Assembly: GCA_004431415.1 (NCBI GenBank)
Contig: QPMI01000597.1
Coordinates: 1-64,000 of the forward strand
Origin: Cyanophora paradoxa CCMP329
Taxonomy: Eukaryota > Plantae > Glaucophyta
Direction: 5' to 3'
DNA length: 64,000 nucleotides
Shown: positions 48,691 to 60,872 of the stretch, in pieces
Numbering within the stretch: position 1 is the stretch's first letter
Layout: each line of letters opens with the position of its first letter
Position numbers and translations under genes: made by a program
The notes under the pieces: generated by a model
Told to the model about the DNA's origin: nothing
The model's input: the letters and a program-made list of their open reading frames with translations, nothing else
Database searches by the model: none

Positions 48691-50283
48691 CTAGAGCGCA
48701 GCCGATGGCGGGGGAGAGAGGGGCTCGCTGTTCGCCTCCACGCCGCGGAAGATGGCGTCGCGTACGTGCCGCAGGGCGGCGGTCCGCTCGGGGGGGCGGT
48801 CGGCGAAGGAGACGGCGCGGGGGCTCGGGAGGCGGAGCTCTGAAATGGGGAGGACGAAGCGCGAGGTAGAGGTGATGAAGCATGTGTCCCATGTCTCGGC
48901 CTCCTCCCAGCGCGGCGCCTCCAGCACCACCTCGATGGCCGGCCGCGCCTCCCCGCAGATCCGCAGCACCATCTCCCGCATCTGGCCCCCTCCTCAGCCG
49001 CCCCCGCACGCGCCCTGCAGGCGACGCCGGCGGGCTGCGGGCCAGGCGCTGGCGCACGGTGCCCTGGAGGACGAGGTCGTCGCCGGCGGTGTACAGGGTT
49101 CCGTTTCGGAGGGCCGCGAAGTTGGAAGACAGCCCCTGTTTGTGCGCTTGACCAGTGAGCTATTACGCACTCTTCAAAGGATTGCTGCTTCTAGGCAAAC
49201 CTCGAGCAGGCGCCCGTCCGGCGTGGAGAGGAGCACCTCGTGCACCCCCGCCGGCTTCTGCTCCTCCAGCGCCTTCCGCTCCCGCACCCACGCGCTGTCC
49301 TTCGCGTTCGGGTTCTTCCTGCGGAAGGCGGGACGCGTCGGCCTAGGGTACACTGTGACAAGCGGCGCGCAGCCGGCTGCACCTCGGCATCCCGTGCACC
49401 TGCCCCAGGCGTGCCGCACGCGATCAGGATCGGAACCGGGCGCGGTGGCGTCCCCAGGCCAGTGGAGGGGAGGGGGGGGGGGAAGAGGGAGGGGAGGGGG
49501 GGAGGAGGGGGGGGGGGGGGGCGGGGGGGCGGGGCGACCTGTGCGATGCAGGAGTCGGGGGCTTCGGGATGAGCTGCACGTGCGTGAGGAAGCGCATCGC
49601 CGTCGACTGCGCGCGGCCCCGCCCCGTGAGCATCGGAGCCGGCGGCCGGCGACGCGCAACGCCGCCGGCGCCCGCCCGGCCGCGCGCCGCGTCGGCGCTC
49701 GCGCGGGCGGCTCCCGTCCTGCACCTCGGCCTGCAGGTCCTCGCTCGTGGGGAAGACGAGGGTCGTCACCTTCAGCTCGTCCCCGGCCTCGCACGCGTGC
49801 CTCGCCTCGAACAGGCCGACCGCGTGCCGGATCTGCCGACGCATCGGCGAGCGTTTGCGGCAGCACGAGCACGGGGCTAGCTGGGAGTTCGGCGCGTACG
49901 GTCTCGCGGAACGCTGTGCGCACACGCGCCTCGTCGCAATACGCTCGCAACCGCTCTGGCAGCGTCGGGAAGATCGACGCCACCGAGGTGGCGATGCGCG
50001 TGACCTGCAAGCGCCTGGCACGGTGCCGGAGACAGTGTGCGCGCCGGCGCAAGCGCACGTGGAAGGAGAAGTCGAAGAGCGCGGTGCGGGACCTTGCAGT
50101 GCGCGTGGTTAGACTCCAAATAAGGCCCCTCGTCTGTCTGCTGTACCTCGAAGTACGCGCCGTGGTGTACGCGCCGCGTGGGAAAGAGACGAGGAACGCG
50201 GCGGAGTCGCCGGCGAAGTCCAGCGCCCGGACCGGAAGAGCTGCGCCGTACTCATCATACTCGGACACGGCCGCGGCCGACAT
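48691..50283 (-). CDS. Class IV PLP-dependent aminotransferase (D-amino-acid aminotransferase / ADC lyase-like)
   Basis: PRGAYTTART, RKNPNAKDSAWVRERK, EVLL..DGRLLE|GLSSNF, VLQGTVR|EMVL, CFITSTSRFVLPI. Confidence 0.88.
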
Positions 50284-50316
50284 CCTCGCCCTGATGAAGG
50301 TGTACCCTCGCTTCAA

Positions 50317-50360
50317 CTTGACTGTGAGTCTTGACACTTTGTCTTGACTGTGAGTCTTGA
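50317..50360. promoter_or_regulatory. Direct repeat CTTGACTGTGAGTCTTGA x2 within a 100-bp bidirectional promoter
   Basis: Lies between divergent ATGs at 50283 (-) and 50384 (+). Confidence 0.45.
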
Positions 50361-50383
50361 TATTGAACTTGTCGCCGAAGCTA

Positions 50384-52404
50384 ATGGAGGTCCTCAATGA
50401 CTTCGAAAAGGAGGCGATCGTCGAACTGAATAGCTGTAGGAAGGTCCGCCAGCGCCAGCCGGGTGTCTCGACTCTAGACCCCGCGCAAAGTGCTTGATTT
50501 TGACAAGTTTCCCCCTCAGAATCCTAAAGAGTACGCGAAGCACTTACAGGTGAGAAGCGCACGCGGGGAGCTGAGCCTTATCCTTCCCGTCGCAACCTCG
50601 GCGTAAGCGCGGGTCGTCGAGCCTCAGCCGTAGCATCGGATCGTGTCTCTAGCTTCGAATGATCGGCTCCGCGCGCTAGAGACGCGTAGCTAGGCCGTAA
50701 CCGCCTCGAGCTTGCCCCGAGTCTGACGGTCCGTCCTCTCTGACGGAGCGGCGGGAATGCGCAGGACCTTAAGAAGTGTTTCGACGGAAAAAAGTTCACG
50801 CAAGAAGGACGACTCCCTATCCTGACGCACGAGGTGGGTTAGCTCGAGGTCTCCACGAGCGACGAGCACTGCGCCGCTCGCTCAATGAGGAGCACAGGGT
50901 GTGGCGGCGGTCGAAGACGCGATAACGGCGCTCGAGGCGGCGAAGCCTGCGCCGCCTCTCACGATCGTCAAGGCGAGCGCCGGCCACGGGCCCACAGCGC
51001 GGCCTCGCTGACGGCGTGCGCAGGGTCTCTGCTACGCGGCGAGGGACCACGCGAACGACATCGGGCCGCGGGGCGCGAACGAGCACACGGGGGAGGACGG
51101 GTCGTCGCCGTTCGACCGGATGGGGCGCTACGGAAAGTTTAGCGGCGCGGCCGGCGAGACCATCGCCCTCGGCGAGAAGACCGGCCGCGCCTTCGTGCTC
51201 CAAATGCTCATCGACGGTCCGCCGCCCCGCCCCCCGCCCCCGGCCTGCGCGGCGCGGCGCGAGGCTCGCCGGCTCACTGGCAGCGCGCAGACGGCGTCGG
51301 CTCGCGGACGCACCGGAACAACTGCCTGAACGCCGAATTCCACGCGGTGCGCTCCCCGAATGATGCGCCGTGGGGCGCCCGGCCGGCGGCGCCGATCGCA
51401 AGGCGCCGGGTCTAATCGAGCGCGGGGCAGGCCGGGGTGTGCGTCGGGCCCCACAAGGAGGCCATCACCGTGCGCTGATCTCGCCTGATCGCCGCTGTCC
51501 GCCCGCTGCGCCCTTGAGCTCGTCCCGTGCAGGTCATGGTGCTGGACTTTGCCGGCACCTTCGTCGACGCCGGTGCGCCCGGCCTACGCGCCCCCTTCCA
51601 AGTCCCCTCCGCCCCCTGACGCCCTCCAGTCGGCGTCTTCGCGAAGCGGCCGCCGCCCGAGCGCACGACGTACCAGGCGGTGTGCTCCCCGGCACCCTCC
51701 CTCGCCCGCTCCAGCAGCGCGTTGACGCCCGGGGCGCCGGCAGCCGCCGACGGACGAGATGGGGCGGGTGGTGATCGCCCCGGAGAAGCAGTGCGCGATC
51801 TGCCGGAAGGAGCTCTCCGGCAGCATCCTCACCGCCGGCGACAAGAAGTACCACGCCGCCTGCTTCGTGTCCGCGCCGCCCCCGCCGCGCCCCTCCCCCC
51901 CCGCCCCAGCGCCCCCTCGGCGCCGCCTGAGCGCCGGCTCGCCGGGCGCAGGTGCCAGAAGTGCAACGCGCCGATCCGGGGCAACTTCCGCGAGGTCGGC
52001 CAGCCGCCCCGCCCCGCATGCCCCGACTGCTTCGCCGCCCACTTCGGTCCGCCCGCCCCCCCGTCCGCCGCCCCTTCGCTCCCCGGGCGACGCCGAGCGG
52101 GGCTCGGGGCGCATGCAGCGCCCAAGTGCGGGGGGTGCGAGAAGGGCGTCACGGAGGGCGCCGTCAAGGCCATGGGCAAGACCTTCCACAAGGCCTGCTT
52201 CAAGCGCGCCCCGGGCCCGAGCCTGCGCTAGCGTTTTTAACCTGCTTTGCGCCCGTGCACTAGGCCTCCTGCTGAGCCGGCGGGGCGGGGCGGCGCAGGT
52301 GCACGTTCTGCAAGAAGCTGCTGGACGGGCCCTTCGCTGTCCAGGACGACAAGCCCTACTGCTCCCCCTGCGCCAATAAGCACGCCAACGAGCCCAAGCA
52401 GTGA
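50384..52404 (+). CDS. CAP (SCP/PR-1) domain protein fused to two LIM domains
   Basis: ELNSCRK|NPKEYA..THE|GVAAVEDAI..|GLCYAARDHANDIG..HTGEDGSSPFDRMGRYG..GETI..LID|DGVGSRTHRNN. Then CAIC..YHAACF|CQKC..CPDC and CGGC..FHKACFK|CTFC..YCSPC. Confidence 0.9.
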
Positions 52405-52593
52405 GCGCAGCCGCGCCCCGGGGCCCCGCCGCCCCTCCCGGCCCCGCCTTGCAGTCGTCTTCATGTCTGCCTGTAAATGTACAGCGTCCCTAAAATCAAA
52501 GCTAAAACTCTGCCTGCGGCCTCCGCTTTCAAACTAAGCGCACCCCTCTCTGTCCCGCCCTGCCTGCTTGCGTGCCCCCGGGGCCTTGCCTAC

Positions 52594-53173
52594 TTAGCCT
52601 TGTAGAACTTGCCGTCGTCGTCGCTGTCGAGCGCCTTCCACCTCGGGGCCGCCGGCTGGTTCTTGGACGCCTCGATGCTCTGAATGAGCGCCTCGTTTTT
52701 CACCCGCACCTGCGCGCATGCCCGGCGGCAACGAGGGGTCGGCGGGCTCCGCGCTAGCGCCCCGGGCTCGGGCGCACCCGGTTCTGCACTTCCATGAGGC
52801 AGTCGCGGCCAACGAGCAGTAGGCGGTTAATGATCTCAGGGTCGCGCTCTTCTCGCGCCTCTTCGAACTCTTTCCGCGCGTTCTGGATCAGCTTGACGCC
52901 CCTGCGCACGAGTCGGTCATCATTCGACGCTGTCGGCTGCTCGCAAGGCGCGCGCACCAAGGAACGCCGTCCTTGTCCGGCCACGTAAAGTGCCGCGCCG
53001 TCCGCACGATCTCCCTGCGCACCGCGTTCGCGGCGCAGCCTCCCGCAGCGGCGCATGGCGACAGCGGAGCGCCGCTCGCACCTGTATAGCCTGACCGCCT
53101 CTTTATTCGTTGTGGTCAGGCTAGGCACGCCCACGGCGCCTTTTACGCCCGCCTGCAAGCCGGAGAGCACCAT
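52594..53173 (-). CDS. Complex1_LYR (LYR-motif) family protein
   Basis: EAVRLYR|EIVRTARHFTWPDKDGVPW|..NARKEFEEAREERDPEIINRLLLVGRD. Confidence 0.85.
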
Positions 53174-53624
53174 GGAGCCAGCGGCCCAACCAGCGCGGGC
53201 GGACCGGCGCTGTGCCTCCAACCAGTTGCAAGGGAGCTCGATTTAAGCAGCTAGTTATAGCTAGAATGCCCGTGTTATCAATGCGCAGAGCTGTCAGGCA
53301 ATTGACGTACCCAGACCGCCTCGCCAGCGGCACCGGCTTTTGTCGAACGGGGCTGCTTTGAGTGCGGGAAAACGGTAGTGACGAAGCTCACCGCCTCATA
53401 CATCGATTCATAGATAGAAAAGGATGGTGCGGCGAAAGGAGCGCACCACCGGATCGTGGATCGTTGCTGATTGACTCGAGTGCGTGTTTCGGAGATTTTC
53501 CTGTTTGTGCTTCGATCCCGCCAGTTCCGCGACTGCACCAACGATGACCTGCACGACCTGACTTGCTGCATTGCGCAGGATGAGCTGAATTGAGTGAGTG
53601 AACGGAACTTCGCACTTCGGGACC

Positions 53625-56600
53625 ATGAATTCGGGGTTCGAAGCTCTCTTCATCGCGGTGCGCGCCCGTATCGCTTCTTCCTCTTGCACATGTCTCGTTT
53701 CTTGCTCTTCTTTCTTCTCTCTCTTTTCGCTGACATACCAGTCGCTTCTCCGCAGATGGAACACGCTCCTGTAGTTCAGTCGGACACGCCAGGCTCAGGC
53801 AGCGCAGAGTCCAGCCACGGTGCAGATCCCAGCTTCGTTGCTGAAGCAAAGCCTGTCTCCGAAATCATAAAACAAGAAACGCAACCTGGATCAATTTCTT
53901 TTTCGGCCGCGGACGCTGCAGCGGGCGGGGTTTCGTCGCAATCATCGTCTCAGTCAGCGCTCGGACCTTCTTCTGCGTTCACCAGCACCCGCGCCGCGAC
54001 AGCCGGCGCGCCCGAGTCCGGCCACTCGTCCACTCCCCAAGCAATCGCTCCGCTTCCTTCGGCGGGGGCCTCTTCAGCGGCCGCACCTTTCGCCGCCAGG
54101 CCAGGAGCGGTCTTCGTCGTGAACCCCGCCGCGCCGGCGCCGCGGGCCACGGCGGCGGGGGCTGTGTTCCGGCACGCTCCGCCTCCGCACAACCCCCATC
54201 CCCCCCCTCCGCCGCCCGCGGCTCATCCACGACCGGCTGCCCCTTCCACGCCCTACTTGCATTCTGTCGACAACGCGGGTCCCAAGCTCGCATCGCCCAG
54301 CGGAGCTGTCTCCGTGCCTGCCCCACCACCGTTTGCTTCGTCCTTGCAGCCTGCGGCCCTCTCCCCCCCACCGTTTGCCTCTGCCCCCCAGCCCTCGCTC
54401 TCTGCTGTACCACCTCCCCGCCCAGCCGCTGCTCCTTCGGCTCCCGCGTTCTCCTCCGTCCCCGCCCCTCCCGAGTCCGAGTCCACCCCTCCTCGGACCT
54501 TGCCCCCGCCGACTCCTTCTGAACATGCCTCGATCCCTCCGCAAATTTCTCCTTCTTTGGCGGAGCCGCAGCGGCCTCTGTTCGCTTCAGCGCCGCAAGA
54601 GCCGTCGGTCGCCTCCACTGCTCTCGTCCTTCTCGCGCAGCCATCCGCGCCGCCGCTTTCCGTGGCAACCTCCAACTCCACTGGCGTGGGGGCGGCGGCC
54701 GCCGGTGCGACGGCGGCAGCGGCGGGGGAGACGAGCGGAGAGCCGGCGTTGGAGGAAGCGAAGGCGGAGGAGGCGGAGGAGGCGGAGGAGGCGGCGGCGG
54801 GGGGAGACGCAGGGAAGGGTGGGGCTGGTATGGCGGCGCGCTGCGCGGGCGACGGAGGCGGCGAGCGCGACGGGGGCGGGGACGGGGTGGAGGAGGGCGG
54901 CGAGGAGGAGGAGGAGGAGGAGGGCGGGGCGGGGCCCAGCGATGCCGCCCCCGACTCAGCCCCCGCCTCCCCTCCCGTGCCCTCGCCGGCGCCCGGCGCT
55001 CCGGCAGCGGCCGGCGTCGTAGCGACGGCGGCGGGCAAGGCGCACGGAAAGAAGGGCGGGAACAAGACCAAGCGCAGGGCCAAGTCCAAAGGCGGCTCCA
55101 AGGCCAAGGCGCCCGCCGCCGGCCCCCCGGCAGCCGCCCCCGCGCCGGCGCCGGACGGCGCGACGGGGGCGTCCGCGGCTCCGCCTGTAGCACCCCCAGC
55201 ACCGCCCGGGACCCTCCGCGGAGCCGCCTGCACCCGGAGCGAGCCTGGCTCTGCCGGCGGGAGGCCCCATGCCGTCTCCGCCTTCGTTCTCCGAGCCGCC
55301 GGCGGAGCCCGAGCCCGAGCCAGGGCCAGCAGCGCCCGAGGGCCGTCGCCGGGCACCTCGGGCCCGCCACAGGAGGCGCCTGCTGCGGCGGCCCACGCCG
55401 CGCCGCCCCACGCCCTGCCCGAGCACCCGCGGCAGCCGCAGCCGATGCCTCCGCCGGCGCCGGCGGCCGGGGGCGAGCTGCGCCGCAACACGCCCCGACA
55501 AGTCCAGTGCGCCGGCGCGGCCCCGCTGCCGGGGCCGGGGCCTGATCCCGCGTGCAGGCACAGGTTCATCAAGGGCGGGCGGGAGGGCCCCGGGGGCCAG
55601 CCGCGGGAGCGCACTCTCTCCACGGGCTCGGAGGGCAGCGACGGCGGCCTGACCGCCGCCGCGCCCCCGCCGGCAGCGCCCTCCGGCCCCGCCCCGCCCC
55701 GCGTCGATCAAGTCCACGCCCCGACCCGCCCGCGTGCGTCCCCCCGCGCCCCCGCGCCTCGGCCGGCGCGTCACGGGCGGCGCAGGGCGGGGCGCGTCTC
55801 TCTCGCCCCAGGACGGCGGGCTGCTCCTCGCGCCGCCGGCCCCGGGGCCCCTTCCCCATCTCCCTCACCCCAACAGCGGCGCGCACCACACGCGGCGCGC
55901 CGCGGCGCGCGCGGCGGCGGCGGCCGGCGGCGGGGCGGCGGCCGCGCTGTCGACGCCGTCCTCCGCCGGGGCTCCCTCGCCGCCTCCCCGTCCTCGTCGC
56001 CCCGGCCGCCCGGCCGACGGGCCCGCGTCTCCCGCTTGCGCCCCCGCCCCGCCGCCTCCCCGGCGCCCCTTCCGGCGCGAGCGCGGCCCCCGCGCCACAC
56101 ACGCCCGCCCCGGACCGCAGCTTGAGCTTCTCCGCCCCGGCCCTGACCCCGGCCTCCTCCCCGCCCAACTCCTCCTCCGCACCGCCCGCCCCGACGCCCT
56201 CCCCGCGCCGGCCCTCTCGCTCATCTCCCAGCTCCCCGCCGCCACGCCCTCGCCGGCGCCCCGGGGCGGCGGACCTCGGGGACAAGGGCCGCCCTCGCGC
56301 GCCAGCCTCGGGTCGACGTCGGCGTCGACGCCGCGGGCCGGCCTGCCCCTGACGCCATCGGCGCCCCTCTCCTCGCCGGCGCCCGGCGCCGTGCCTCTGC
56401 CCTCCCTGCCCGCGCGCTCGGCGGCGGCCAGCACGCCGACGAGCGTGCCGCCGCGGCCGCCGGCGAGCGGGGAGCGACGGCGGCCGCGCGGGTCGGGCCC
56501 CGACGACGCCATCATCGTCCCCTCGTACGGTGCACCGCGCCGCGCGCCGCTGTTAGGGGCGTGGCAGCTGAGGCGGGGGGCGAGCAGGCGCCGGCCGCAT

Positions 56601-58513
56601 CGAGGTGCTGAGGCACAGGGACATCTACGTGCCCCAGTGGCGCGTCATGTCCGGCGAGGAGCGCGCCTGGTACGACCCCGCGCGCCGCCCGGCCCTCGAG
56701 AGCGCTCGCGGAACCGAGGCCTCCGCCGCCGCCGAGGAGAGCGAGGGCGAGGTGCGCGGCTGCAGGGGGCTGTCGGGAGAGCGGGCTCTGGGGCGGGCGG
56801 GGCGGGGCGGGGCGGGGAGTTGGGGGGGTGCCGGGCCCGGGCTCCCTCCATGCGCTCATGCGCCTCCCGCGGCCCGTCGACAGGATACGTCGGACGAGGC
56901 TTATGACAAACGGCACGAGCCGCTGTACTCTAAAGAGCGCCGTGGGCACCGCCTCACCTACAAAACCCCCGCGGTCCGTCCGTCTCTAGCGTGGGGCCGC
57001 CTGGGGCGGGGCGGGCGGCTGACGAGCGGGGGCCGGCAGGAGACGAGCGACGAGGCGTACATGGCGCGGCACCAGGGCTTCGAGCGGCAGGAGCGGGCGA
57101 GCTGGGAGGCGCGGACGGGCGGGGAGAAGAAGCGGCGGCGGCAGGCGCAGGCGACGCCGGAGCAGGCGGCGGCGGCGTCGCAGGCGTACCTGCGGAAGCT
57201 GCGGGACCTCGAGGCGCGGCTGCTCGCGGAGGCGGCGGTGGCGGCCCCCGAGGAGCCCGACGCCGCCCTCGACGCCCTCCCGGCCTCGGCGGGGTGGCGC
57301 CGCGCCCCGCCACCGCCGCCGCACCCACTCCTTCCCCGACGAGGCGCCCGCCCCGCGGCCGCCCCCGGCCGCCCCGCGGCCCCGCGGCGCCTCCGTCGGC
57401 TCCAAGGGCACCCCGGGCACCAAGAAGAAGCTCCAGGGCGCCGCCGCCGCCGCCGCCGCCGCCCGCCCCGCCCCAAGAGCCGCCCCGCCCAGCCGGCCGC
57501 CGCCCGCGCCGGACTCGACGTGCCGCACGGGGCGACGCCGGCGGGCCCCGCGGTGCAGCGGCCGCACCGGTCGACGGCGGGGTGCACCGCTCGCGGGACG
57601 CCGACTCGCCGCTGGCGCCGCGGGCGACGGCCACGGCGGGGGCCATCGCGGCGATGCGCGAGGCGCGCGCCCGCCGCGTCGCCATCGACAAGCGCAAGGC
57701 CAGCAGCCTCGCCGCCTTGCCGCCCCACCTCCAGCCCTACGAGCCGCCCCACCGGCCGCCCCCGCCGCCCCTCGAGAACTACGTCATCGTGCCTCCCCGG
57801 CCAGACGATCCCCCGTGCGCGCGCCGGCCCCGTCCGCCCTGCTTGGCGGCCGCCCTGAACGCGCACCGGCCGCAGGTTCCTCATCCGCCTCCGCAAGGTG
57901 CCGCGCCTGTATGGGGCCGGCGACGCCCCGGCGGCGACGACGGCGCTCTACGGGGCCCAGGCCTGGACGGCGTACGGGGCGTACGGGGCGGGCGAGGAGG
58001 GCGAGGAGGAGGAGAGCGAGGCGGACCTGGACAGCGGCAGCGAGGGGGGCGGCGGGGAGGGGAGCCAGCTGCGGGCGGCCCCCGTGGTCCACGCCGCCGC
58101 CTCGGGCCCCGTCGCCGGCCGCCCCATCGCCGTGCGCATCTCGCTGCGGCCCCTCGCCGGCCCTGCGCCCCTCGCCGTGCAGGCCGCCCCGCCACCGCTC
58201 CGGCACCGGTCCCCTCGGCAGAGGGCGGTGCGGAGGGCGAGGGCGAGGGCGAGGCGGGCGGCGGGGGAGGGGGCTCCGGCACCCCCGCCGAGGTCGCCTC
58301 TGAGCCGGACCCTGGTCCCGCCCCGGCGCGCCCGGCACGCCCGACGAGGCGCCCGCCCCGCCCGAGTCCGAGCCCGACCCCGCGCCCGAGCCCGAGCCCG
58401 AGCCCGAGCCGCAGCCCCAGCCCGAGCGCGGCGCCCAGGCGGGTCTGGAGGGCCGCGCCCCAGCTGCGCCCCCCGAGCCCACCGCCGGCCCGGGAGAGGC
58501 CGCAGCACAGTGA
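53625..58513 (+). CDS. Low-complexity protein with PEHE domain (KANSL1/MSL1-like, MOF/KAT8-binding type); 3' end approximate
   Basis: DDAIIVPSY|..IEVLRHRDIYVPQWR..E|DTSDEAYDKRHE..|ETSDEAYMARHQGFERQERASW matches the PEHE pattern (IxxPxWR..EDxSDxxFxxRHxxxExxERxxW). Confidence 0.7.
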
Positions 58514-59364
58514 CCCCTTTCCCCCCCTACCTGCATTAGTGGCAGCCCCGAGTTTCCTCTTTCAATAATTTCACTACGGTCTACGGCTTCCGAGTTGCAG
58601 CCTGCAGCTGCTGGCTGCAGCTGGCAGCATGCCATGACCAGGCCGCCAGGCTTCATCCCCTCGAGGGTTGCAGTTGGCCCCCCGGGGCCCTGCGGCTTCA
58701 TCCATCCGATGATCCCCTCCGAGGCTCGAGCTCAGGGCCCTGGGGCCTGCTCCCAGGCGGACTCCGAGGCTCCGAGGCTCCGGGAGAACTTGGAAGCCGC
58801 GGACTCAGTTAGCCCGACTCGGGTCGATCATCGGATTGAAGCCTCGCGAATCGAATTCATTGATTGACGCTGACAATGCCAGCCTGACATGCATGGTCAG
58901 CTTAAGCGCTAACTCTTGAACTACTGTAGGCTAGTGTACGTAAGCCGTGGGTTCAACCGTCACGTGCACGGCGTATACGTAGGGTTCACTGATCATGAGT
59001 CAACTTGCAAGCTTCACTTCCGAAGTTCGGCAACTTGGCAATTCAAATGATTGCAAGACTCTAAGACTTCAAGACCGTCGGACCCGCAATAAATTCCGAA
59101 TAGCTGCTGAGCACCGACCGTCGCCGAGTCGGTCCCATAGCCGGCCTACAAAGCTAGTAGCCTAGTAGCCTCTTAGCCAAAAATGTCAATCATCTCGTAC
59201 TCGCTGATCATGAGTTCGATTTCGTGACTGACCATGACATGACATTCGATCATTCGTCTAATACCTCACTTGCATGCGCAATTGCAGCTCGAACATTCCA
59301 CACTGCAATTCAATTATTTTTTCCGGCCTCGGGAGCTTGAGACTCTGATCATGAAAGCTCGAGG

Positions 59365-60395
59365 CTAGGCAGAACTAGCGGGGGCGGCACGAGGGCTAGG
59401 GGCCCTCGCCTGCTGCGTGGGCTGCTGGGCCCGGCGGGCGGAGAGCGCCGGAGCGGGGTCCCTGGCGCGCGGGCTGCTCGCCGGGCCCCGCGGGCTCGCG
59501 CGGGTGCGGAGGCCGCGGACGGGGCCCCAGAGGCGGCGCCGGCGCTGGCTCGCCGTCATCAAGTCCAGCACCTCGTCTCCCTGCCCCGGCAGCTCCAGCG
59601 CCGGTGGACCCGCCCGCCGTACCGCCCGCAGCGGCCCCGCAGGCACCACGGGCCCCGTGGGCGGCGCGGAGGCGTCGGGGGCGGTGGGGCGAGGCGGCGC
59701 AGGGCGGCGCGCCGGTTGAGGATCTCCTCCATGGAGACCTTCGGGAAGGGCGAGGCAACGCCCCTGGGGCGCCCCGCCCCGGGCGGGCCGGCGCCGGTGG
59801 CGCGCCCGCCTGGCCGCCGGCTGCGGGGGCGGGGCGAGCCGAGAGGGAGCCGGGGGCGGGGGAGGAGGGGGCGGGGGAGTGCCCGGGGCTCCGGTGGGGC
59901 CGGCTGTTAGGGGCGGAGGAGGGGGCGGGGGCGGCGGCGTACCAGGGGCGCCAGTAGGCCCGGCTCTCGGGGGAGGGGGAGGAGAGGGCGGGTGCCCGAG
60001 GGTGCCGGGGCTGCCGGAAGAGCCGGCTGCGGGGGGCGGCGGGGGAGGCGTGGCCCGGGGGAGATGGGCGAGGGCGGGAGGTACGGCGCGCGAATCCAGA
60101 GGCGCTGGCGTCGGCACCGCTCTCGGCAGGCAAGGTCCATTTGATGGGCTATCGCACATACACGTGCACGTGCACGACGTATCTCCAGCCCGCGCAGACT
60201 CCAGAACCTCGACACGCTGCGAGCAAAGCGTTTCAGGCTCAGGCTCAACGGCGACTTAACAAAGCGCCGTAGGAGATCGACGTATGTGCAGCGATGGGTG
60301 GACGCGCGAACCTTGAGAAGCCGACTCAAGCTCAACCGCAGCCGCCGCACGTCCTCGAGCTCTACGTCAAACCTCCAGCGCCGCGCCGCCACCAT
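59365..60395 (-). CDS. Hypothetical proline-rich protein
   Basis: ATG at 60395 followed by plausible GT-AG introns and gene-body-like composition; no recognisable domain. Confidence 0.35.
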
Positions 60396-60872
60396 AGGTA
60401 GTCGCTGCTCCGAGCTGGCCGCCGCCTATCTAGCTATAGCGAGGTCCGTCGCGAATTCTAGTGAAGTCGGTGCGCAAGCGCTGCCTCGGCATCTCGCGCC
60501 CATCCTTTTCATCGTCCCGCGCGCCCGAGCTGGATCGGCGTTTTTGACAAGCGAGAAGATTGCTGTACTCCCCCGAATCTCCCCCCCACAAAGCTCGGGC
60601 CTCGTAGGCTCTCCTAGCTTCGAGCTCGCAGTTTCGACCTAAAGGGTACCTGACATAAGCTGTGCAGAAGCAGCCGAAGCAGCAAGCTTAAGGCCAGGCC
60701 GCGAACCAGCCCCGCGGCCGAACCTGCCAGGCTGCCGGACAGCTCTCGGCCCAGCCTCCAACCACCTGAAATACGCTGAAAAAGCATAATACAGTTCTAG
60801 GAAAGCGATCGAAGGGCGCCGACCCTCCCGCCGGCTTGATAGCTAAATTCCCGAGGCCCGAGCGCCGAGCGG

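Noticed and set aside
58925-59225. B-box-like GGTTCAA / GTTCGA motifs suggesting a tRNA or SINE
   Set aside because: No cloverleaf or correctly spaced A-box could be built.
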